Shown piece after piece: positions 27,257 to 37,670 of a stretch of DNA of 60,446 bases. Each line of letters opens with the position of its first letter. The first letter of the stretch is position 1. The position numbers and the translations under genes were made by a program. The stretch lies in IMG/VR virus record IMGVR_UViG_3300022921_000005; one strand, given 5' to 3'. A model generated the notes under the pieces. The model searched no databases. It was not told the origin of the DNA and saw only the letters and a program-made list of their open reading frames with translations. The stretch is from an uncultured virus (IMG/VR IMGVR_UViG_3300022921_000005). Its lineage: Duplodnaviria; Heunggongvirae; Uroviricota; Caudoviricetes.

Positions 27257-29920
27257 ATGCTTACAGTTGCTATCGTAGATACCCTTGGTCTCTGTTATGA
27301 CGGCTCAACACTTACAAAACGCGGTCTCGGTGGTTCTGAGTCTGCCGTCATTCTTATGTCTAGAGAGTTGTCAAAACTCGGATTTGACACATATGTGTTC
27401 AATGACTGTACAAGTGACGATGCTTCGCCAGGTATTTATGATAATGTAAAATATGAGCCTCTTTCAAACATTGAGAATTATAAACGCTTCGATGTATTTA
27501 TAGCATCCAGATCAGTAGTATCTTTTGCGCCGAATGAAATCAAAGAAAGATTTAAATGGTCAAGTGAACTGCCAAACCTTGAGAGAGTCGCGTTAGCATC
27601 TAGGCACAGAGTACTTTGGATGCATGATACATTCTGCGATGGTGATGATCTTATTGAAGACTTCGTGTTGCAAGGAAGAATTCATGAGATATTCACGCTG
27701 TCTGATTGGCACACATCATATGTAACGAACTGTGATCACGGTAAACGTAGAAACTATGAGATACTGAAACGACATGTATTTCAGACGCGCAATGGTATCC
27801 AATTGTATCACGACTTCGTAGATGTGTCAAAGAAAGATCCAAATCTTTTTGTATATAATGCTTCAGTTACAAAGGGTATGATTCCTCTCGTAGAGAAAGT
27901 ATGGCCTCTCGTGAAAGAAAAATTACCAGACGCTCGTTTGAAAGTCATCGGTGGTTATTATCGCTTTCGAACATCGCATGGACCAGATGAGCAAGAATTG
28001 AGATGGCGTGAGATGGTTGATGATCCTACTCATGCTTTCAATGATATCGAGTTCACTGGTATTATTTCTCAGAAAGAAATTGCAGACATATTAGCAGAAT
28101 CATCCTTCATGATATATCCATCTGCGTTTCCAGAGACGTTTGGCATCTCCACGCTTGAGTCGCTTGCGTATAATACACCACTGATTACATGTAAGTTCGG
28201 CGCTCTCGAAGAGACTGCAATTGATCTTGCTTGTTATAAGATACCATATCCTGTAGAGAAGAACTGGTCACTGCCGTGGCTGAATGAAGATGAGCAGTGT
28301 CGAATCTTTGCAGACGCGGTAATCAAAGCATATAATACACCTTATCTCCATCAACAAAAAATGTATGCGTGTAATCAAGTTAAAGATATTTGCACATGGG
28401 ATACTGTGGCACTGCAATGGAAACAGCATTTCTACAAACTATTAGGCGAGTTCTTACCGATCGAAGAATATCATCGAGTAACAGATATTAATAATCGAGT
28501 GCATAAAGTATTCGGTCGTAGATACCATAACTACGAAGAATCATCAGTAAGAAAGCAAACAGAAAAGTCAATTGTAATCATCACGACAGTGTATAACGCA
28601 GAGAACTATATTGACAAATGTATTCGTTCTGTTGCCGCACAAGATTATGACAATTATCGAATGATTATTATTAATGATGCATCAACTGATCGAACTGCCG
28701 AGGTGATTGAAAATACAATCGCTGAAACTGGACTCGAAAACGGTGAAGAAAGAGATGACATTCGCAGAATTTTTGAGGTCATTACTCGTGATCAAAATAT
28801 GGGAGCAGTCTGTAATCAAATTTCAACGATCAAATCTAGATGTTATTCGGATGATATTGTAATGATTCTGGATGGCGATGATTGGCTAGTCAATAATCCA
28901 AACATCTTCAATATGTATAATAATATGTATCATGAAGGCGCTGAATATACTTATGGAAGTTGTTGGTCACTCGTTGATAATATACCTCTGATTGCACAGC
29001 CTTATCCACCAGAAGTAAAAGCAAATAAATCATATCGTGATCACAAGTTTAACTGGAACTTTCCCTATCCTCATCTGAGAACGTTTGTTGGTCGTCTTGC
29101 ATTAAACTTAGATGAATCACTGTTTAAAGACGCATACGGCGAGTGGTATCGTGCAGGTGGAGACGTTGCGACATTCTACAACATAATAGAGCAGGCTGAT
29201 CCAGATAAGATTGTTTGCGTGTCAGATATTGTGTACATGTATAATGATACTAATCCTATTAACGATTATAAGGTGAATGGCGATCAGCAGACTGATACTG
29301 CTAACTTTATTTTAAAAAAAAGTGAAAAGACTATGAAGAAGATTTTGATTGCTATACCGACAGCAAAGTATATTGAACCAGAAACAATGAAATCTATCTA
29401 TGATCTTGAGGTGCCAGAAGGATACGAGACTGAGTTTCAATTCTTCTATGGATACAACATCGATCAAGTTCGTAATCTAATTGCACACTGGGTAGTGAAT
29501 GGCTATGATTATCTTTTCTCGGTAGACAGCGATATTATTTTTGAAACAGATACGCTGAAGAAAATGCTGGCACATGATGTCGATTATGTCTCTGGCATTT
29601 ATCGACAGAGACTACCGACACAGACATTGGAAGTATATGATCTCAGTCAGAAAAACATACCAATTGAAAATATTCCAGATAAGTCACTGATTGAAATAGG
29701 CGGCAGTGGTTTTGGTTGTGTTTTAGTTAAGAGAGAAGTATTTCTGAGCGTGGGCTATCCTTACTTTGTATATCACAGCGCATTGAATCATGCTGATACA
29801 TTCAGTGAAGATATGGACTTCTGTAAAAAGGCGAGAGAAAAAGGCCACAAACTACACTGTGATACTACTATAATCTGTGGCCACAAAGGAACGTCAGTGT
29901 ATGAGGTTACCAGAAATTAG
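27257..29920 (+). CDS. Three-domain glycosyltransferase (GT-B/GT4-like + GT2 + GT-A-like)
   Basis: GLGGSE...YPS.FPETFGIS.LE (GT4); TTVYNAENYI.KC..SV..Q.Y..IND.STD, LDGDDWL (GT2); IAIPT...VDSDI...GFGCVLVKREV...SED..FC (third domain). Confidence 0.9.
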   Translation: MLTVAIVDTLGLCYDGSTLTKRGLGGSESAVILMSRELSKLGFDTYVFNDCTSDDASPGIYDNVKYEPLSNIENYKRFDVFIASRSVVSFAPNEIKERFKWSSELPNLERVALASRHRVLWMHDTFCDGDDLIEDFVLQGRIHEIFTLSDWHTSYVTNCDHGKRRNYEILKRHVFQTRNGIQLYHDFVDVSKKDPNLFVYNASVTKGMIPLVEKVWPLVKEKLPDARLKVIGGYYRFRTSHGPDEQELRWREMVDDPTHAFNDIEFTGIISQKEIADILAESSFMIYPSAFPETFGISTLESLAYNTPLITCKFGALEETAIDLACYKIPYPVEKNWSLPWLNEDEQCRIFADAVIKAYNTPYLHQQKMYACNQVKDICTWDTVALQWKQHFYKLLGEFLPIEEYHRVTDINNRVHKVFGRRYHNYEESSVRKQTEKSIVIITTVYNAENYIDKCIRSVAAQDYDNYRMIIINDASTDRTAEVIENTIAETGLENGEERDDIRRIFEVITRDQNMGAVCNQISTIKSRCYSDDIVMILDGDDWLVNNPNIFNMYNNMYHEGAEYTYGSCWSLVDNIPLIAQPYPPEVKANKSYRDHKFNWNFPYPHLRTFVGRLALNLDESLFKDAYGEWYRAGGDVATFYNIIEQADPDKIVCVSDIVYMYNDTNPINDYKVNGDQQTDTANFILKKSEKTMKKILIAIPTAKYIEPETMKSIYDLEVPEGYETEFQFFYGYNIDQVRNLIAHWVVNGYDYLFSVDSDIIFETDTLKKMLAHDVDYVSGIYRQRLPTQTLEVYDLSQKNIPIENIPDKSLIEIGGSGFGCVLVKREVFLSVGYPYFVYHSALNHADTFSEDMDFCKKAREKGHKLHCDTTIICGHKGTSVYEVTRN

Positions 29921-30647
29921 AGAATCTAGGTGGCTCAACTTGTTGCATTCTGCTTCTCAATTTATGAATAGAATTTTTTCGAGTTCTTTGAATGTGTCTT
30001 ATTAAGTTAGACCTTAGATTGTTATTGCTTATATTCTGAACATAAGGTCTAAGCAAATCGAAATCGTAAGCAAGTAACTCATTCAGTTTGAGTTCTTTTT
30101 TATACAATAGTCTGACGTAATTCACCACGGATGCATCTTTGCTATCTATACCATACTTCAAACAATTATAAGGATTCATTGTTGTAGTGAATAGTATATC
30201 TGTTGTGAAGTTCATTTTTCTAGGCATATATCCTAACGTGATTTTAGAAAGAACACCTTTGTTTTTAGTGGGATAAAAATCAAACTTTTTGTAATTAATA
30301 ATGAATAATGATAGATCAATTCTACCCGCTATGTCATAATCTATCTGTTCATAGTCAGAATGATATCTGTTATTCTTAGAAAAAACTGCTTCTCTGCTCA
30401 CTACCATTGGATATTTTTCTATCTCGACGGGAATGTCATCAGATTTTATATTTAAGACAATTCCTTCAGATACAGCAAGAACAGGCTTTTTTATTTTTTT
30501 AGAATAATTGAAAGCATAGAATAGTGTTTTGTTTTTCGCAATAACATTGATAACATGATAGTTCCAGTCTGGCATATTTTTTTTAATTGAAGACACGGTC
30601 ATGTCAACCAAGCCATCTCCATAATTGAATATTAGAATATCAATCAT
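29907..30647 (-). CDS. Hypothetical protein, possibly divergent GT-A fold
   Basis: ILI.......TVSSI..NMPDW N-terminus, DLS.FIIN; co-located with GT genes; weak. Confidence 0.5.
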   Translation of the reverse strand: MIDILIFNYGDGLVDMTVSSIKKNMPDWNYHVINVIAKNKTLFYAFNYSKKIKKPVLAVSEGIVLNIKSDDIPVEIEKYPMVVSREAVFSKNNRYHSDYEQIDYDIAGRIDLSLFIINYKKFDFYPTKNKGVLSKITLGYMPRKMNFTTDILFTTTMNPYNCLKYGIDSKDASVVNYVRLLYKKELKLNELLAYDFDLLRPYVQNISNNNLRSNLIRHIQRTRKNSIHKLRSRMQQVEPPRFSNFW

Positions 30648-31578
30648 TGACTAGAGATTCCATTTGTACTTTAGTTGTCGCGACATGTGGGTAATCCATA
30701 TAATACTCAAAATACTCATTGATTTCCACTGCAATGTCGCTGAACTTAGAAAGCATACCGCTTGCTTTAGATGAGAATAATTTTTTCAATCTTGTTTCAT
30801 ACGTGTCGTTTTCACCGTAGTGTCCAAACTCTTTTACGATGATATTATCATATAAATGAGTGTACGTATAAACTCGATCTTCAACCTCTTTATCAAAAAG
30901 AAATACAGATTTTCCTTTCAGCGCGGATATCAAACCCATCTCTGAGTTTTTGCCGACCGCTACTACTTTAGCTTTTTCCATCACTTCATGTCCAGAGAAC
31001 TTACTTGAAATTACTCTGTCTCTACCGTACCGCTTTGTGACTTTCGTTTCTAATACTTCTGGTGTCAGAGGATGAAATTTAATCATCGCATTGTTTTCTT
31101 CAACGAATTTATCTACCTTGTCAAGATCAACAATGTCATCATAGATATTATTTCCTGGAAGAAATACTACCGCGTCTAGATTGGTGTCATCAAATTTTCT
31201 TCTTATTTTTCTCAAAGAATATTTGTCAACGTTATGTTCTAGAAGGTGATTGTATATTTTAATTCCTCTGTCATTTATTTCTGTGTTCTGAATGACATGA
31301 TCGATTAGTTCGGAACTGTGTCTCGCAGAAGCGCATCTCAACATAATAAACGTTGAAAGAACGTCAGTGTAAGTATAACCATGAACTTTAGGATAGTCTC
31401 TCATATCATACCATACATCGTATTCGACATTTGTTTGATATGGACCATTTTTAGGTATTTGAGATACGATATCTTTCAATTGCTGAGAGATATCGCATTG
31501 GGGAATATTACCAGATTTGAAAAAGTGAGACGATGCTACGCCGAAATTATCGTCAAGTGACATTTTACTCAGAGTCAT
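30640..31578 (-). CDS. Putative GT-B/capsule-polysaccharide-modification (KpsS/KpsC-like) protein
   Basis: VVFLPG.N...IKFHP...V....SEMGL..AL.GK.V pattern resembles the K.HP / NS..G.EAL..GK.V motif of KpsS-like proteins. Confidence 0.55.
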   Translation of the reverse strand: MTLSKMSLDDNFGVASSHFFKSGNIPQCDISQQLKDIVSQIPKNGPYQTNVEYDVWYDMRDYPKVHGYTYTDVLSTFIMLRCASARHSSELIDHVIQNTEINDRGIKIYNHLLEHNVDKYSLRKIRRKFDDTNLDAVVFLPGNNIYDDIVDLDKVDKFVEENNAMIKFHPLTPEVLETKVTKRYGRDRVISSKFSGHEVMEKAKVVAVGKNSEMGLISALKGKSVFLFDKEVEDRVYTYTHLYDNIIVKEFGHYGENDTYETRLKKLFSSKASGMLSKFSDIAVEINEYFEYYMDYPHVATTKVQMESLVND

Positions 31579-31792
31579 TATCTACCTCACCATTTTCCAA
31601 TTGTGTAATTTTATCAGTCAATTCTTCAATTTTGTATTCGAGCGTTTCAATAATATCTTCAAGTTCTTCACATCTTTCGGCGCTTTCTTTAAAATGCTCT
31701 ACGCAAATATCTAGTACACTTTCAAGTCTTCTTTCAAGCGAATCAAAATCTTTTTTATTGACGAAAGTTTCTAGTCTTTCTAATATATCCAT
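31565..31792 (-). CDS. Small coiled-coil protein
   Basis: Heptad pattern; GGAG RBS; overlaps next gene. Confidence 0.65.
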   Translation of the reverse strand: MDILERLETFVNKKDFDSLERRLESVLDICVEHFKESAERCEELEDIIETLEYKIEELTDKITQLENGEVDNDSE

Positions 31793-31828
31793 GATCTACT
31801 CCATTATAAAATTAGATACTTTTATTTA

Positions 31829-34800
31829 TCAAAGCTCCCATTCATTAGTTGTAGTATTATATGTCTGTTGCTTATCAGTGTCTATCACGGTATCAAAGAT
31901 AGTGTTTGTAATTCTAGAAGTATCGACACCAGTTACTGTTTCGGTGGCTCTACTTGTTCCTCTAGAAGTCAGCGTATCATTTGTAATAGCAGTATTTCTT
32001 GATGTTAAGAATGCTGTATTTCTTGATGTGCCTCTGGACGTAAGTGTATTTCTTGATGTGCCTCTGGACGTAAGTGTATCTTTAGAGGTTGTCATGATTG
32101 TTTGTGCAAACGTTTGAAACACAGTATTAAAGGTTGTAGTTCTAGATACTGTTGTCTGTGTCGGATTAGTCGTGTTGTAAATTGTATTTGTTGCAACAAA
32201 AAATGCAGTATTAAAAACAGTCAAATTCGTGACATTTGTATTTTCTTGGAACGTAGTGTTATTAGACTTTGTTGTCTGAGTAGTTTTATTTGTGTTGAAC
32301 GTAGTAGTTGTATCTGCTAGATATGACGTATTAAATACCGTGCTTGTTGTAACAACCGTTTGCTCTTGGAATGTTGTATTTCTGGATGTCAGCGTATTAA
32401 ACGAGGTATTAAAGGCAGTTGACGTATTAAATGTGGTTGTTTTGGACGTCTGCGTATTAAATGCAGTATTAAATGCAGTCGTTGTATTAAACGTGGTCGT
32501 TTTGGACGTCTGTGTATTGAATGCAGTTGATCTAGAAGTTGCTGTGTCTCTTGATGTTCCTCTAGAAGTTAACGTGGCGAATGTCGTGGTATACGCAGTC
32601 GTTGTATTGAACGTAGTTGTTTTTGACGTTTGAGTATTAAATGCAGTTGATCTAGACGTTGCCGTATTTTTGGTAGTGTTCTTACTTGTCAAAGTATTGA
32701 ACGATGTCACAAACGTAGTTGTTGTTTGAAATGCAGTTGATCTAGACGTTGCCGTATCGGTTTGTTTGCTCGTATTAAACGTAGTATTATATTGTGTTGC
32801 GAACGTAGTCACTGTATTAAACGTGGTCGTTCTAGACGTTGCCGTATCTTTATTAGTACTCTTAGTTGTATTTGCCTGAAAAGAAGTAGTAGTATTGTAC
32901 GATGTTAACGTCAATGTTAAGATAGTAGTAAGATCCGAGAATGTTGTGGTTATTGTTTCGTCGGTTTGCTTACTTGTGTTTTTACTATAGTTTGTCTGCT
33001 TACTTGTATTTCTCGACTTAGCAGTCAAGAAGGTAGTGTTAAAGGTTGTTGCAGTGTTGTAAGTAGTTGTAGTATTTTTTGACACAGGCACAAGAGTGTT
33101 TTTCTGTGTTTGAAAAACTGTTGATGTCTGCGTACTTTTAACTGTATTCTGCGATTTTGCGGTCAGGAACGTAGTACTAACCTGTTTCTGTGTTTCAAAC
33201 ACCGTTTGATACTGTGTTACGTAAGTGGTATCAATTTGTCCATAGTCGTAGAAAGTTTGCTTGGTTGTCACGAAAGTAGTCGATGTATTTTTACTTGTTT
33301 GCCTAAATGTGTTTTTAAGTCCAATTATTGTATTGTAAGTAGTCAATGTATTTCTAGAAGTATTGTAGTTGGTATCTTTCTGTGCGCCTACATTCGTTTG
33401 CTTCGTTGTTGATCTCGAAGTAGCTCTAGTTGTATTCGCGGCCTTCAATGTCTGTTTACTAGTGTTCGCTTGAAAATTCGTGATATAGGTCGTTTGAGTA
33501 GCAGTCTGTCTGCTCGTATTTTTAAGCGTTTGTCTTGTAGACTGATATGAAGTCAACGTTGATCTAGATTCAGTCGTATTTTTACTAGTTGATCGGGAGG
33601 TGTTCGCTTGAAAATTGGTTATGTAAGTAGTGGATACCTGATATACAGTTACAAAAGTAGTACTTGTTTGATATGTTGTATTTCTACTCGTAATCTCACT
33701 AAATGTAGTTGACGTATTTGTCTGTTTGCTTGTTCCTGTTTCACGCGACTTCGCAGTTAGGTACGTAGTATTAAACGTAGTCAACGTATTAAACGTGGTC
33801 GTTCTAGACGTTGCTGTATCTTTAGTCGTATTATAATTAGTCAGCTTTGACGTATTGAATGTTGTTGTCGTCTGAGTATTAAACGTGGTTGTCCTGCTTG
33901 TATCAGTCGATTTAGTAGTATTCTTACTCGTTAAAGTATTGAACGATGTCACAAACGTAGTCAACGTATTAAACGTGGTTGTTCTGGACGTTAACGTATC
34001 AAACGTGGTTGTTTTACTTGTGGCAGTGTCTCTTGATGTACCTCTAGAAGTCAGAGTATTGAATGAGGTATTAAAGGCAGTTGACGTATTAAATGTGGTT
34101 GTTCTGGACGTCAAAGTATCAAACGTGGTTGTTTTACTTGTGGCAGTGTCTCTTGATGTACCTCTAGAAGTGAGAGTATCAAAAGTTGTTGTTCTGCTTG
34201 TGGCAGTGTCTCTTGATGTTCCTCTAGAAGTGAGAGTATTAAATGATGTTACAATTGTAGTATCAGCAATTATATCAAATACTGTTGTTCTATTAGTAGA
34301 TTTTGTTTTTGTTGTCTGTGTTGCTTTGCTTGTATTGAACACAGTACTTGTGTCTGCAAGATAAGTTGTAAGAATCGTTGTCTCACCCACACCGACAACT
34401 GTAGTATTTCTGCTAGTCGAAGAAATATATGTTGTTTGTGTTTGTCTATTAGTGTTGAATACAGTATTCGTATTTGATTGATAGACAGTACTTCTTGATG
34501 TACTTTGAGTGAAGTTTGTGTTTTCTTGGAAATTAGTATCAAATACCGTTGTTGTATTGAAGGCAGTAACAAAAGAAGTTAATGTGTTGAACGCCGTATT
34601 AAATGCTGTTACAATAGTAGTGTCAAACGAAGTTAAGAATACAGTGGTCGTTTGCGTGTTGAACGAAGTTATAAATGCAGTTGTTGTTTCAAATACCGAT
34701 CCAGTTTGAAACGTAGTTGTTGTGTCAATATTAGTTGAATAAGAAGTAATAACGGTAGTATCTCTTCTCTTGCCGTGCATGTTAGAAAGACTGATAGGAC

Positions 34801-34927
34801 CACTAGGTATTCCTGCAAGCGCACGAACGTAACTTCTACCAAGACTGATCTCGGCAGTGGCTGAAGTACCAATCTCGATATTAATATCAGAGAGTGATAT
34901 TGGATTTCCTGAAGTAGGTAATGCCAT
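31829..34927 (-). CDS. Thr-rich 1032-aa fibre/adhesin with self-complementary repeat arms
   Basis: Short N-terminal module MALPTSGNPISLSDINIE...GPISLSNMHGK, then about 980 aa of alternating-Thr 10-aa units; GGAG RBS. Confidence 0.85.
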   Translation of the reverse strand: MALPTSGNPISLSDINIEIGTSATAEISLGRSYVRALAGIPSGPISLSNMHGKRRDTTVITSYSTNIDTTTTFQTGSVFETTTAFITSFNTQTTTVFLTSFDTTIVTAFNTAFNTLTSFVTAFNTTTVFDTNFQENTNFTQSTSRSTVYQSNTNTVFNTNRQTQTTYISSTSRNTTVVGVGETTILTTYLADTSTVFNTSKATQTTKTKSTNRTTVFDIIADTTIVTSFNTLTSRGTSRDTATSRTTTFDTLTSRGTSRDTATSKTTTFDTLTSRTTTFNTSTAFNTSFNTLTSRGTSRDTATSKTTTFDTLTSRTTTFNTLTTFVTSFNTLTSKNTTKSTDTSRTTTFNTQTTTTFNTSKLTNYNTTKDTATSRTTTFNTLTTFNTTYLTAKSRETGTSKQTNTSTTFSEITSRNTTYQTSTTFVTVYQVSTTYITNFQANTSRSTSKNTTESRSTLTSYQSTRQTLKNTSRQTATQTTYITNFQANTSKQTLKAANTTRATSRSTTKQTNVGAQKDTNYNTSRNTLTTYNTIIGLKNTFRQTSKNTSTTFVTTKQTFYDYGQIDTTYVTQYQTVFETQKQVSTTFLTAKSQNTVKSTQTSTVFQTQKNTLVPVSKNTTTTYNTATTFNTTFLTAKSRNTSKQTNYSKNTSKQTDETITTTFSDLTTILTLTLTSYNTTTSFQANTTKSTNKDTATSRTTTFNTVTTFATQYNTTFNTSKQTDTATSRSTAFQTTTTFVTSFNTLTSKNTTKNTATSRSTAFNTQTSKTTTFNTTTAYTTTFATLTSRGTSRDTATSRSTAFNTQTSKTTTFNTTTAFNTAFNTQTSKTTTFNTSTAFNTSFNTLTSRNTTFQEQTVVTTSTVFNTSYLADTTTTFNTNKTTQTTKSNNTTFQENTNVTNLTVFNTAFFVATNTIYNTTNPTQTTVSRTTTFNTVFQTFAQTIMTTSKDTLTSRGTSRNTLTSRGTSRNTAFLTSRNTAITNDTLTSRGTSRATETVTGVDTSRITNTIFDTVIDTDKQQTYNTTTNEWEL
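32015..34240. repeat. Degenerate 30-nt (10-codon) tandem units within the Thr-rich gene
   Basis: For example a 30-nt tandem at about 32015-32079, 34001-34051 identical to 34121-34171, and 32403-32441 identical to 34065-34103. Confidence 0.9.
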
Positions 34928-34956
34928 GTTAGAAAAATACTCCGTGAGTTATTCTT

Positions 34957-37626
<2,670 letters not shown>

Positions 37627-37670
37627 TTGTACTCTCTATAATTATTATACAATTAGTATTTATTGAAACT

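Noticed and set aside
31533..34709. Val-rich + strand ORFs (31533, 32292, 33885, 34509)
   Set aside because: Antisense shadows of the Thr-repeat and neighbouring genes; low-complexity, no RBS or promoter support
31829..34927. DNA-level inverted repeat or palindrome as the cause of the protein symmetry (Phe TTT and Lys AAA are reverse complements)
   Set aside because: Both arms are Thr (ACN)-rich on the same strand and the shared DNA segments are direct repeats; an inverted copy would not encode Thr-rich units
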